Below are positions 1-16,479 of a stretch of DNA of 64,000 nt, piece by piece. The stretch comes from the human T2T-CHM13v2.0 reference genome, Homo sapiens, in the NCBI RefSeq assembly GCF_009914755.1, contig NC_060938.1. One strand, 5' to 3'. Each line of letters starts with the position of its first letter. Position 1 is the stretch's first letter. The position numbers and the translations under genes are program-made. Below the pieces are notes generated by a model. That model ran no database searches, had not been told where the DNA came from, and saw nothing but the letters and a program-made list of their open reading frames with translations.

Positions 1-685
1 TAGCAGAAAGGAGATCCTCTCTACTTTTGAGGCTATAAGGATGTGGACAAACTGGTTTAGGAGGATCATAGTAATAATACTCAGAACAGAAGTAGAGATG
101 GAGGGAAACAAGTCAGTCTTCCTCAGAGAATGGACATGTACCTCATATAGGCTAATTAGAATATTTTGTTTAGTAACTTGATAATTTCAAGTCAGACTCT
201 GTTGGGCACTTGAACTGGAGGGTCATGTGAAGGACAGAAGTTTCTTTAAAGCCATACTCCTAAATGTAAATAAATATATTTAAAAAATTTTAAAGGGTGA
301 TAGAAACTATTTCCTTTCTTACTTTGAAGGGGGTTCCTAGCTGGTACATAATTCATACTGTCTCAGTTATTCAAACAAATTACTCATTTAATAAAGCGTT
401 TCATGGAGAGGAAAAGAAACTACAAGTTTTTTCTCTATGGATGTGGAGTACTTTTAAAGGAAAATAAATGCTCCCTTAAACACCAATAGCAACAATAAAA
501 TATGCACAAAAGCCTCCTAGTGTTGAGAAACCATCACGTAAGTGCTGAGCACTCTAGTTCTGCTCGTGGATCTCTTTACAAATAGAAAATTATCTTATCT
601 CTTATGTTTGTTAAAGCATTATTTGCCATAGCTAAGATATAGAATCAACCTAAGTGTTCATCAACACATGAATGGATAAAGAAAA

Positions 686-706
686 TGTGTGTGTGTGTGT
701 GTGTAC

Positions 707-757
<51 letters not shown>

Positions 758-762
758 CACAC
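686..762. repeat. (TG)n-(TA)n-(CA)n compound microsatellite
   Basis: Directly visible. Confidence 0.95.
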
Positions 763-1104
763 AGTGGAATACTGTTCAGCTTTTCAGGAGAAGGAAGTCT
801 TGATATTTATAAGAACATGGAAGAACTTGGAGGACATTATGCTAAGTGAAATAAGCCAGACACAGAAAGACAAATACTGCGTGGTCTCACTTATATGTAG
901 AATCTAACAAAGTTAGACTCATAGAAGCAGAGAATATAATGGTGATTACCAGGAGCTGTCAGCTGGGGAGAAATGGGGAGATGTGGTTAAAGTGTACAAA
1001 GTTTCAGGTATTTAGAGGAATAAATTCTGGAGATCCAGTGTACAGCATGGTTGACTGTAGTTAATAATAAAGTGTTGTATACTTGAAAATTGCTTAGAAA
1101 GTAG

Positions 1105-1239
1105 TTTTTTTTTTTTTTAAATTGAAATGGGATCTCACTGTGTTGCCCAGGCTTATCTAGAATTCCTGGGCACAAGCAATCTTCCTGCCTCAGCCTACTT
1201 AGTAGCTGGGATTACAGACATATGCCACCATGCCCAGCT
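1105..1239 (-). mobile_element. Alu monomer (FLAM/AluJ-like)
   Basis: poly-T followed by Alu sequence; TSD agaaagtag/agagagtag. Confidence 0.85.
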
Positions 1240-2204
1240 AGAGAGTAGATTTTAAGTGTCCTTACTATTAAAACAAAAAAAGCTTGGATATATGAGATAA
1301 TAGGTATGTTAATTAGCTTGATTTAATCATTCCACAGCGTACACATATATGAAAACATCCAGTTGTACACAATACATATGTGTAACTTCTATTTGCCAAT
1401 TAAAATGAAGTTTAAACATTGTATCCATCTGGAGTTCCTCTTGTGGGAAAATGACTTCTTTGGCCACCTAAGGTCTTTTTTTTTAAACTCTTAAATTTGA
1501 GACATCTATAGTTGGTATAATTGGTAAGTCACAAGTATTAGTGAGAATTTTATTTGGGTCCATGAAGAACCAATACAGGCAATAAAACACACCAAGAATT
1601 AGGGAAAAGCTAAAGCATAGTCCAATTATCTCAATTATTGTAAATGAGAAGTACCCTTCACCTAAATGAGGCTGAGTAGAAACTTCCTTACCTCTGCAAC
1701 AATTTATAACTGTGGAATTAGAATTTAGATTCAAGCTAGCAAAACTAGAGCTACATTTTATACTCAAAACTATGTCTGCCACTTAAAAGAGGAAAAAAAA
1801 GAATGAATATAAGCTGGTTATATTGAAGTATATTTTACACAGATTTTTTTTAGTAGTTAATTTCTTATTTAGATAACTAGGAAGGGTAAGTGGAAAGATA
1901 CATATGTTTTTAAAGAGGGGCAGGTAACTTTTAATTTTCTTTGTAACTTTCAGAATTTCTTTCCCTACTTGATATATGGAGACCTACTGTAGAGGATGTT
2001 TGTGGAGTTAGAAGAGATTAGGGTTGTTGAAATACAGATGTCAGTTTAATTGTAATTCATAGTATTGAACCTTAGAATAGTGACCATTTTCTGTTTTCAC
2101 AAATTTTAGAAAAGTATACATATATGTTGATAATTATTAAAAAATTTGAACCAAGCTTTCGTTCACAGTGAGATTTGTTTAGTAGGTAAATTATTTTATG
2201 TTTA

Positions 2205-2783
<579 letters not shown>

Positions 2784-2864
2784 GTTTACTCAGATTTAAT
2801 GGGATTTTATCTGGGTTTTCAAAGGGCTCCCAGATTTAATCTGGGTTTTCAGAGGGCTCCCTAG

Positions 2865-3223
<359 letters not shown>

Positions 3224-3271
3224 AAGGGTGGACATTTGAGGGCACAAACATTTGAGGTACTGACCATCATA

Positions 3272-3305
3272 AATACATACATACATACATACATACATAC
3301 ATACA
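3272..3305. repeat. (TACA)n tetranucleotide repeat
   Basis: Directly visible. Confidence 0.9.
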
Positions 3306-3310
3306 GTATA

Positions 3311-3641
<331 letters not shown>

Positions 3642-3887
3642 TCATGCACCATAAAAGTGGTCATCAGAAACAGGGAAATCTATAAAACTGTCACAGACAG
3701 GAGGAACTTAAAACTATGGGCTTTAGTTAATATATCAATATTCATTAAGTATAGAAAATGTACCATACTAATATAAGATGTTAATAATAGGGAAAACCGG
3801 ATAGAGGAGTAGTATATGGAAACTTACTGTATTATCTTCAGAATGTTTCTGCAAACCTGAAACTGTTCTAAAAAATGAAGAGTTTTG

Positions 3888-4493
<606 letters not shown>

Positions 4494-5523
4494 ACACCCC
4501 AAAAAGTAGTTGATTTTCAAAAATCATGAGTAATATAAACTCCTTGAGTTCAGAGTCATTTGACTTAATATTGGTATGCTTAGGGTTTAGCAGAGTTAAT
4601 ACAAAATAAGCTTTAAAGAAGTGCTAAGTGACAATGTTACATTTATGTTATTTTGTAGAAATGGCTTTTGGAAAGATGAGAAGTAACTTGACAAGCTTTT
4701 TAATGTTTTCAATAAGTTTTTACTAAAAGTTTATAAAAAATTTTAATTTAGTAAAACAAATTGAAAATATTTGCATAAACTTTCTCTTATTGCTTGAGAG
4801 GCCACTTTGAAACTCTTAATGTTGCACATGGTTCTGAAAAGACATCAAGCTTAGTTTAGTTTATAAAAGCATTTCATTAACAGACTGGGTGCTAAATAGT
4901 AAACATAGTTCTTTGACAAGTAGAGTTAAATGTAATATTTCTTTTAAAAAACTGAGTACATAAACCTATTTATCCAGTAGGAAATGCAAGTAGAAATCAC
5001 GAGATACCATTACTTACCTATTAGAAAAGCAAAACAAAAACAAACCAACAAACCTAGACAATAGCAAGCTGACAGAGATACAGAGCAACTAGAACTCTCC
5101 TGCCCTGCAGATGGAAATACAAAAAAGTATACAGCTACTTCAGAGAACAATTTGGTGGTTTCTTATAAAGTTACCATATGAGCTGGCAGTCCCACTTCTA
5201 AGTATTTACCCAAGGAAATGAAACATGTTCCTGCAAAAACCAGTAATGCTCTGTTCATAATTGCCCAAAACTGGAAACAACCCAAATGGTAATGTACATA
5301 TAGACAAATATTAATGTGTGAATGGACAAACTATGGTACATCATACAATGGATGATGTACCAATTATAAAAAGGAATGAACTGTTGATACGTGTGTTGTA
5401 GCAATTTGGAGGAATCTCGAAGACATTATACTTTTTTAAAAAAGCTAGTCTCCTGATTCCATTTACATGATATTTTCAAAAAAATAAAACTGTAGTGGTA
5501 GAGAATGTGTACTGGTTATCCAG

Positions 5524-6206
5524 TGCTATGGTTTGAATGTTTTTGTCCCCTCTGAAAATTCATGTTGAAACTTAATCACCAATGCAACAGTGTTGGGAGG
5601 GGGGCCCAATGGAAGGTGTATGTATTGGTTCATATGGGGGAGCCCTCACAAATGGATTAATGTTGTTATAAAAAGGGCTTGCGGCCGGGCATGGTGGCTC
5701 ACGCCTGTAATCCCAGCACTTTGAGAGGCCGAGGCGGGTGGATCATGAGGTCAGGAGTTCAAGATCAACCAGGCCAAGATGGTGAAACCCTGTCTGTACT
5801 AAAAATACAAAAAAAATTAGATGGGCGTGGTGGTGAGCGCTTGTAATCCCAGCTACTCGGGAGGCTGAGGCAGAGAATTGCCTAAACCTGCGAGGCAGAG
5901 GATGCAGTGAGCCGAGATCACGCCACTGCACTACAGCCTGGGAGACAGAGCGAAACTCTGTCTCATAAATAAATAAAAGGATAAAAAGGGCTTGCTCTCT
6001 TCTGCTTTTCTGCCAAGTGAGGATGTAACATTTGTCTCATTTTGTCCTCCACCTTTCACCATGAGTGTTTACAGCCAGAAAGATCCTCACCAGATGCTGG
6101 CGCCTTGATCTTGGACTTACCAGCCTCCAGAGCTGTGAGAAACAAATTTCTGTTGTTTATAAATTACCCTCTCTCAGGTATTCTGTTATGGCAGCACAAA
6201 ATGGAC
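5524..6206 (+). mobile_element. MST-type MaLR LTR containing an Alu
   Basis: tgctatggtttgaatg start; cttccagcctccagagctgtgaga-like and gcagcacaaaatggac end motifs. Confidence 0.82.
5683..5980 (+). mobile_element. AluS inside the MST LTR
   Basis: TSD taaaaagggcttgc. Confidence 0.92.
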
Positions 6207-6547
6207 CAGGGGTTATGGTGGGGGAGGGTGTGTGACTATGGAGAGACAGCATGAGGGAGTTTTTGGGGTGATAGAACTGTTCTGTATCCTGAGTATGGAT
6301 ATACATGTGTTGAAATTCATAGAACTGTATACTCCTACTTCCTCCCAAAAGTCTGTTTTACTGTATGCTAACTTAAGAAATAAAATGGAAGACATACAAA
6401 GAAACTGAACATGTGTCTACTTTATAAGGCATTTGGTCTAACTACTGGTCAAATAAACTTGTATAAATACTGTCTAATGTTTTCTCTATTAGATTTTTTT
6501 TACGTCTCAAGGATTTGTATGAAAAGTGACTGATGCACAGAAAACCT

Positions 6548-6686
6548 TTATTTTTTATTTTTTAAAAAGTAGAAACAGAGTCTCACTATGTTGCCCAGGC
6601 TGGTTTGAACTCCTAGGCTCAGGTGATCCCCCTGCCTTGGCCTCCCAAAGTGTTGGGATTACAGGTGTGAGCGACTGTGCCCAGCT
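6548..6686 (-). mobile_element. FLAM Alu monomer
   Basis: TSD agaaaaccttt. Confidence 0.85.
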
Positions 6687-7557
6687 AGAAAACCTTTCAT
6701 ATTAAAATAATTAGCACTATAATCATGTGCAAAGAATTGGGATGGTCACCTAGTACAGCTTCACATTTTAAAATAGGTAACAACTATCATTTATTGAAAT
6801 AATGCTGTTCATTGGTTTTATAACCCAAGTGATACTATATCCTTAGACACTGTAATACTACGTATATATATATATTTTGAATTTGATACGTCTTTTAAGC
6901 CTTTTAATCTACAGATCCCCCATCTCATCTGTCTCTTTTTCTTACAAGTTAGCTATTGAACCCTGGGCTGTTTGCCTTGTAGAGTTTCCCACAGTTTGCA
7001 TTCTGCTGATTGCATACTAATAGTGCAGTTTAACACTTTCCTCTGTTCTCTGTATGCCCTGTAGATTTTCAGCTGGATTCAGAGGCTTGATCCTAATTAG
7101 GTGTGATCCCTTTGGCAAGGCAATAGGAAGTGTGTCATCAGAAGGCACTTGGCTGTTTGGATGACTCTCTTTGTGACGTTAGCAGCCATTGATACTCACT
7201 ACTTAGATGGATTAATTCATTGGAGGTTGCAAAATAGTGATAGTGATATTCTAAATTATTTCTTTTTAATTTATTACTTAGCATACTTCCATAGAATATT
7301 TTCTTCATCACTGTTTGGTTATTAAATAGTATAATTCACAAGGAAAGCCAGGATAAATACTTGATTCTTTATTTTTATTTACCAGTTTTCAAGATACTGA
7401 AATTGTTACATCTAAACCTGTGAAGATGTTTTAGGGCTTTTTTTTTTTTTTTTTTAACATGTTTAGATTTTCATTCATTGCAATTAATATGCTTAATGAA
7501 GCTCAAATTGTTGTTACATCTTTGACCAGTGGGAGCCTGCCCCTCACCCTCTCTCTC

Positions 7558-7730
7558 TTTTTTTTTTTGTAAAGATAGGGTCTTTCTCTGTTTCCCTTTC
7601 CTTTCCTTACTTTTCAGGCAGAGTTTTGCTATGTTGCCCAAGCTGGACTTGAACTCCTGTGCTCAAGCAATCCTCCAGCCTCAGCTTCCTGAGTAACTGG
7701 GACTACAGGCACGTACCACCACACCCGACT
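7558..7730 (-). mobile_element. Alu monomer fragment
   Basis: gctatgttgcccaagctgg..ctgggactacaggc. Confidence 0.75.
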
Positions 7731-7867
7731 CTGCTATTGTTTCTTTAAATAAACATTCTGCCCCTTTGTCTGTCTCTTCTCTCTCTTCAGCTCTTATAAT
7801 CTGAAAATTTTCTCTATGCTATCCTATAAATGTTGTAACCTTTCTTTATTTTCATGTTTTTCCCTTC

Positions 7868-8070
7868 TGGGTGGTGAAATCTGGTCTCTACTAAAAATAC
7901 AAAAAATTAGCAGGGCATGGTGGTGCATGCCTGTAATCCTAGCTGCTTAGGAGGCTGAGGCAGAAGTCGCTTGCTCCTGGGAGGCAGAGGTTGTAGTGAG
8001 CTGGATGTCCCACACTGCACTACAGCCTAGGTGACAGTGAATGAGACTCTCTCAAAAAAAAAAAAAAAAC
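7868..8070 (+). mobile_element. 5'-truncated Alu
   Basis: ctctactaaaaatacaaaaaattag linker plus right arm and tail. Confidence 0.85.
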
Positions 8071-8313
8071 CCAAAAGAAAGTAAATTTTGTTTGAGTTTG
8101 TTACTAAACTTGGTGAATATAAGCTGCATTTTTTAGTTTCCAGTAAATCAAGGCGCAGTGTAATCATTGTACATTTTATGTTGAAGAGTTATAGGAAAAT
8201 ACCTTTATTTTATAATAATGAAGGAAAAGGACTTTTTGGATTGGAAAGGAATGTTTTGACAAAAGATTAAATTAAAAGATTAAAACAATTTTTTCTTCTG
8301 AAAATTTTTTTTC

Positions 8314-8382
8314 TTCAACCAGACAAGATACCATTTTTTCAAATACATACATTTTTTTCAAATGGTATCTTGTCTGGTTGAA
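8314..8382. repeat. Perfect 23-bp inverted repeat with 23-nt loop
   Basis: ttcaaccagacaagataccattt / aaatggtatcttgtctggttgaa. Confidence 0.95.
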
Positions 8383-11300
8383 TTACTAGAATGTTTTTGG
8401 CGTGTTTAGTAGCAAGTGGTAAGTTCAATTGAAATACAAGCTGAAAAATTCTAATGGCCCCTGGAAGATGGCAGTATAGGCTTTTCATCTCAGAATTTTA
8501 GATCTGGAGGAGACCTTTAAAATTTATTCCAGTTCCTTCATTATAGGAGAATATCTAGACATCTAGGGATAATGATATGTTATTTCTGAGATCACATAGT
8601 AAATTTCTGTTTAGAGCTGGGACTAGTACTAAACCTCTTCGTTTCTGTTTCGGGATTAGTTTCTCAATGCCAGAATGTGTTTCTTGAAAGGCACGATAAC
8701 CAGCTCCTGGGCTCCTCATATCCTACCTAAATTAGTGCAACTAAGGCAGTGTGACATATTTATATTGGTATTTTTATAAAGGCACAGAAACAGACATGAT
8801 TTATTCAGTATCACAGGGATAGTGTTAGGTCATAAGACCCCTGACCTGTTGATTCTATCTCTTTATCTTACCTAGTAAGAGATAGCTTAGAGATAGTAGC
8901 CAAAATATCCAATGGTTATGAACTATAGATTGGGAGCTGGAAGTGGAGCTGGTACTAGAAACCATAAAAACGCCAGATGATGTTTGTGGTATGGTGAAGA
9001 GTGCTGGGATGATGCAGGCAGGGGGTGATGAAAGCTTTGGTCATGAGTAAGTGGGTCTAGAACCTATAGAATGGGGGGGCGGAATAAAGGAGGCAATGGA
9101 GCCACCATCAAACTCATGCTTATCAGGAGGATCGTTTGTTCTGTTCTCATTCCCTATAGCATATTGCTACTTTCCAGCTAAGATTTAGAATAATCATAGA
9201 CAATAATAAAATAAAATACATCTGATATCTGCACAATATTTTAAGCACAGTACTCATAAATATTGTACTATTTGATCCTTGCAGTATCCTTGTGAGATAA
9301 GTAGAAGGGATATTGGTGAGTAGAAACTATTAAATATAATCTGTGTTAAGGTAGTGTGCTAGAAATCACTAAGGGATATAAAGGTGAATAACCACAGGCT
9401 CTGTTCTCATGGTGTGCCCAATCTTTTGGGGATGGGGTGGGAAAAATAAACAGTTACAATGTATAGGAAGTTGAAAAGGATTTAGAAATTCAAGCTGTGT
9501 CCCATGGGAATTTAGAAAGAGTGATGGTATTGTAACAGGAATTTTGGTATTTTGCCTTCTTAATTCAGACTAACTGAAAGGATAATGACTGTAAAAGCAT
9601 CTTGACTGTAATAGATACTGATACGATTTTCCTTTATAATTTTCAGATTATTTTTTATTTTAGGTGATTTTACACAGCTATTTATATGAATGAATTTATG
9701 AATTAAGGATGACAGAAATCACTTAAATTGTTTTAGTGATTTTTGGCATATTAGTCTGGTTTGAGAAGGAGGGAGAAAACAAGGGAATTGATTTTGTAAT
9801 GTCAAACAGAACTTACAAATTTAGGACAGATTTACCTAGACCATTATGAATAAATAAATAGATCCTTTTAATTGGTAAGAAACTAGACCAAATTTAATAT
9901 AGTTGATTTAGTACTAGTTTATGTTGATGATGTAGACAACTTCACCAAAGGAAGGGGAGTAGTGAATAAATTAGTTATAACTTATTTTACTGTAAAGTAA
10001 TGTTAATTGTTAGAATAATTATAGGAAATATTTGCTTACCAATAAATATGACTTTGACAGTCTTACAATGATGAATTCGTTTTTGTTGAAATAGCAGACA
10101 AAACAGACTTTTTCGTTTTGTTCACTTATTCCTAGAATCCATTTTAGTCTCTAGTTTTTGTTAGTATGTATCACCTACCTTAACTATTTTTCTTTTTGCC
10201 AAAACAGAAAGAATGCGGCTTCCGTTGATATACTGGAGTCACTTAGAATATCAATATCAACACTACAGAGAAAGGAGAAGGAAAGGAAGCAATATACCAT
10301 TGTCAGTGTGCTTTTCTCTTCTGAGGCTTTCATCCTTCTTGTGTTTTCTCTCTTAACATTGGCCCATAGCTAGAAGACATTGAGGTCCTGCCTTACTGCA
10401 TTTTTATCTTAGCCATGAGCAGCATACCCCATACTATATTTAGGTTGATAAATTTTCAATAGTAAAATTCTTCATAGTGAGCAGCCTCTTCTAGGCTGTC
10501 GCCACCCCTGCCTTACCCTATTTCACTGTGGAAAGCTCACTTTCTTGGTTGAAGCATCTCCCTGTTTGAAGTCCAGCTTTGGGGAAACCTAGAATGGCCT
10601 TAGGACCATCAGTGTTACAAGACTCAGTAGTGCCTGAGTCATACTTAGCTTTTAAAACATGTTTATAGCTTTCACTTTTTATGGGTAAATAGCCCTTTTA
10701 TTATCAACACAGTACTTTTCTCTTTTTCTTAAAAATGACCAATTTCACCACTGATAGAGTTAATTTTTGTCATCTGTTAAACATGTTTTCCCATGACTTT
10801 GGGTTCTTCTTCATTTCATATGTGATTTTGTGTGTATATGTATGCATGTGTGTGTGGTTTCCTTTTTTAGAACAAGATGTATTTCTTTGAAGATGAGACT
10901 CAATGGGCCATTTGCTGTTTTTCTTTCCTCATCTAGGGTACCTTCAGTTTAGCTCACAGTTGTCTTTCTTCCTAATGGTGTGGGTAAAAATGACTGACTC
11001 TGTTCAATATTACAGATTGAAAATAAAACCTGTGATTCCTAGCCTCTTTATTTTATACTTCTTTATTTTAAAGTCTAACATTTTTCTTTCTTTATGCTTT
11101 CTTTTTTCTATCATGGAGATAACTTAAGATGTTTATTTAGTTCTATAGGTATTCTGTTTCTCCTGAAAACTTATACTTATCGTTTTACTTCTCTTCCTTT
11201 ATTATGTTCATGTTCAGTTAGTCTACAGCAGATCTTGTAACGTTCGACTGAATTCTAGTTCCACTAACGATAAGCAAGTATAGCATTTCTTCTTAAGTGA

Positions 11301-11547
11301 ATAATTTCTTCCATATATTTGATGTGGATATGATATTATATGCTGCACTCTTGGTTGTATCTTTTCAGGTATATTTCTTTTTCTCAGAGAAATCTTTCAG
11401 TTTGTATCTTTTCTAAAATGGGGTTTTTCTTACGTTGGGTTTTTATTATTGCTGATTACTGGATATTGTTTATTCTTTGGATGCTGTTGATATTCACCTA
11501 TCATGAAAGTAAACTTTCATGGTTAATCATTTTTTTCTATTACGTAA

Positions 11548-12811
<1,264 letters not shown>

Positions 12812-13029
12812 ATAATATGCATTTCTTAAATATCTTTAGTTTCTCCTATGGTAATATTTTGTTTTCATATGAGTTCCTTCTCATTCTTAGATCCTATTTA
12901 TGCTTCTTTGCTTTAGGATAACTTATTGACATATAAGTGGTATTTATTGAATACATCTAATTTTTAGAAAATTTCAGCATTCAGTGCTGTCACAAAGTTA
13001 ATTAAGTTCATAGTCCCCCTTTAAAATAC

Positions 13030-14905
13030 AGTGTTTCCAGGTAAGATGGACTAATAGGGATGGTCTTTCCACCTAAGACAACTAAAGAATGGGACGAAAT
13101 AATGAAACCACAGTTCTCAAGACATTTGCCGTCAAGCAGCAAAAGACATTGATCCCCAAGGGATGGGAAACAAATTAGGCGAGATCATGCGGTTGCTCTA
13201 GCTCACACCTAGAGAGGGTTTGTAGGGATGGAACAAAGCAGTGGAACCCAGGAGGAGCCTAGAGATTTCTCTGTATTGAAGAGGTAGAGCTAGCTGGGAG
13301 ATTGGGGGGCCAAGGCAGCTAGAGTTCACAAGGTAGAGTATGAGAAAGGAGAAAGCTGCAAGAGACAGAAATTCACAGATCTGTAGAAATTGCTTTCAAT
13401 AATTCAATTGACTACTGATCAATACATGCCTGTAAGGAAACTATGGGAAGCTGCGGAAGAACCACCAAAAAGGAATTGAGGGAATAATATAATAATTAGA
13501 GCTCACACATGGTTAGGAGTAGGGCCTGAATCCATCAGACAAAAAAACTTCATAATTCAACAGGTATGTCAGGTAGAGGACTTCCAACGTTCTAGTTTTT
13601 ATTTCTAGATGTTCAACTTGGGTCTTTTTTGTCTGTGTCTTAATATACTTAACCTTTCTTCTGGCTTTTAGTACATATGGAACAGATATATAATAACTTT
13701 TAATGTCCTAGTCTCCTAATTCTATCAACCCTGTCATTTCTGGGTTGGTTTTGATTGATTGATAGCTTTCCTTCTGGCTCTGTTTTCTTGCCTTAGTTTT
13801 TTTAACCTGCTAGTTAATTAATTGATGCATATCAGGCATGTAAAATAAGACACTGTAAATTGTGCCCTGTTGGGTGCTGGACATTTTTATATTCCTATAT
13901 TCTTTTTTTTTTTTTAAGAGATGGGGTCTTGCTCTGTTACCTGGGCAGTAGTGCAGTAGCATGGTCATAGGTCATGGCAGTATTAAACTCTTGGGCTCAA
14001 GTGATCCTCCTGTTGCAACTTCTTGAGTAGTTGGGACTACAGGTGTGTACCACCAGCCCTAGTGCCTGCAGATATTTTTGAACTTTTTCCTGGTCTGTAT
14101 TGAAGTTATTTGAAAGTGTTTTTTAACTTTTAGGTATTGCTTTTAATCTTTGTTAAGTGTAACCACTTAATTTAATTTTCCCCACTACTGAGGCAAAACC
14201 CTTCTGAATATTTTATGCTTCATGAATTATGAGACTTTTCCATTCTGGCTGTTGGTTACAGATGTTAAATTGAGGATCAGATTGTCCTTTCATGGCTTGT
14301 TTTTAAGCTCTATTGGGATCATTATAGAGTCATCTTTATTCTAGGGCAAATTTAGCCCTCCTGAGGTCTGTACCTATGGCCTAGAGTGTAAAGAGATGTC
14401 TCTGCTGTGGCTGGATGGAACTCAGATGTCTCCAAGCTCAGTGTCAGCCCAGAGTTGTTCATATTATAGCTCCTGGAAGATGTTTTTTGTCTGACTTTAT
14501 GGAACTTCACCCTAAGCATGTGTAGATTAGTATTTAGTTGATGACTCAAGTGGACCCCAATGTACATATCTGTAGCTTTTTTCTGCTTAAGTTTCTCCTT
14601 TCTGGTATATCATTCTAGTAATTTTTGCCACCTCCACTGTTCCAAACTCTGTTCTTTTCAAGTTAGCAAGACTGCTGTATTCTGCTTTGAATTTCCCTCT
14701 TGGCAATGGTGTCTAGAACATGTCTCTAGGCAGAAAGCCAGGGTGGTCATAGGCCTTATCTAGTTTGTTTTCTTGTTTCAGGGAACACAGATCTACACTA
14801 ATTGTTGTTCACTATCTGGAAACTGTCATGTATTTTGTCTGGTTTTGCAGTTGCTTACCATCTGAGGGTAAATCTGTTACCAGTTATTCCATAATGGCTG
14901 GAAGC
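13030..14905. mobile_element. Old L1M 5'-region fragments (+ ~13030-13590; - ~13590-14905)
   Basis: L1M 5'UTR-like motifs. The minus piece shares cactactgaggcaa with the L1 segment at ~46228. Confidence 0.55.
13903..14060 (-). mobile_element. Alu monomer (FRAM/AluJ)
   Basis: poly-T plus right-arm sequence. Confidence 0.8.
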
Positions 14906-15105
14906 ATACATTTCACACTATTGGATTATTGAGGAGTTTGGCAAAGACTTTTGGGTGAAGTTACAGGAAAGAATTACAATAAACCTTTGCTGACTTTAGA
15001 CTTGATGGCTGTTTAATAATTGTATGTTTATGGGCTTTGGGAGTAGTTGACTATGTCTTCTTCAAATAGATGTATGAGATAATGTAAATAATAAAGCATT
15101 ATACA

Positions 15106-15270
15106 GGCTGGGCATGGTGGCTCATGTTTGCAATCCCGGCACTTTGGGAGGCTGAGGCACGAGGATTACTTGAGCCCAGGAGTTTGATACCAGCCTGGGC
15201 AACATAGCGAGACCCAGTCTCTACAATAAAGTAAAACAAAATAAATTTTAAAATCTTAAAAAAAAAGAAA
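15106..15270 (+). mobile_element. FLAM Alu monomer
   Basis: ggctgggcatggtggctca left arm with A-rich tail. Confidence 0.85.
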
Positions 15271-16381
15271 ATAGTTGTGTTACCTTTGTGGTGGGAGGAG
15301 TTTAAGTTGGTGATATTGCTTTTATATTAGTTGTAATTGCCTAAAATTGTTTTCAGTAGACTTTGATGTCATTGGAGAAAAACTGCTTCTCACAATTAAT
15401 AATGTCAATCAGAGAAAAATCTCATGTTGTTGACATAAGAGTAAAGCAAGTGGCAGAAACACACATTTCTATAGAATATATTGTGTCTTTGTACTGTTCT
15501 TGGGTTTTTGTACTTGGTGACTTGCGCATACTACACACTCAGTGAACATTTGATGTGCGAATCTTTATTAAGGCCATTTCACTTTTCAGTTAATCATATT
15601 GATTACTGTGTGCCAAACATGATACTGGATGAGGGAGAGGCAGCAACAAATGAAGTAGGAGAAGGGCCCCTGATCAAAAGACTGCATGAGATGGTGCATG
15701 TATAAGGCAGCAAAATACTCTACTGAAGATTAATGGAGTATAGAATGATTATGTCAGCTCTCAGGCAGGGAGGTATAGAGGGGCTGGATTTTGAGAAAGT
15801 TGATGGATATGCATTGATTGATAAAGGAGAAAAAAATCCCTGTTTTTTAAAAAAAGGAATGTTGTATTGCAGGGTGACAACTGAGAATAAACAAATTGTT
15901 CTATGGAAAGAAAGCAAAATTAAATTGGTGTTAGTGGAAGTTTGTGTAGAAGATAGTAAGAAACTAGGTTATGTAGCTAACCGAGGTGTCATACAAAATC
16001 GAGGGGAAATACAAAAGATTTTGAGCTTTGGTCTGAAAAGAGGTACACTTCTGAATGCCTTTTATGTTAAAAGATAGACAAAGTTAAAGAATTTTATATT
16101 CACAAAGCAAGTTATATGAGCGCTAACTTATTGTAAGTTGAACTATGAAGCAAATTAAACCACTGAGTGTTACTGAGTTTGGGTATAATTTGCAAAATGA
16201 AAACCCATTTTTTGTTGACATTTGGAAAGTGCTTACAGAATAAGTCAGTGTACAAAATAAGTGAATTTGCATGTTATGACTGGCTACATAAAGAAAAGTT
16301 AAAGGTATTTAAAAAATTATATAATAATGCTAACTGAAGCTTGAGTAGGGCTGAATTTCATATATTTTTATTTTGTTTCAG

Positions 16382-16479
16382 GTTGCTGCTTTTGCTCAGA
16401 GGACATCCATGACCCTAATGGTCTTTTTGTTCAAGATAAAGTGATTTTTTGCCTTTGTTGATTAACTGGACAAATTCAG
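16382..16479 (+). other. FUT8: FUT8 non-coding 5'UTR exon (98 nt)
   Basis: Acceptor tttttattttgtttcag|GTTGCTGC and donor AATTCAG|gttagt. Sequence matches my recollection of the FUT8 mRNA leader upstream of the ATG-containing exon. Confidence 0.88.

Larger units (their letters stand above)
612..1410 (+). mobile_element. L1MA-type 3' end, interrupted by a microsatellite and a FLAM
   Basis: L1 3' motifs gaatggataaagaaaatgtg and gctaagtgaaataagccagacacagaaagacaaatac. Confidence 0.8.
4975..6390 (+). mobile_element. Old L1M 3' fragment split by a MaLR LTR
   Basis: L1 ORF2/3'UTR motifs at 4975-5520 resuming at ~6206-6390. Confidence 0.7.

Noticed and set aside
2803-2862. 30-bp tandem duplication (similar 19-bp repeat at 42752-42803)
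   Set aside because: Two-copy slippage duplications with no spacers or array structure; not CRISPR-like.
15733-16077. 114-aa ORF in non-Alu sequence
   Set aside because: No recognisable domain or splice context; length compatible with chance.
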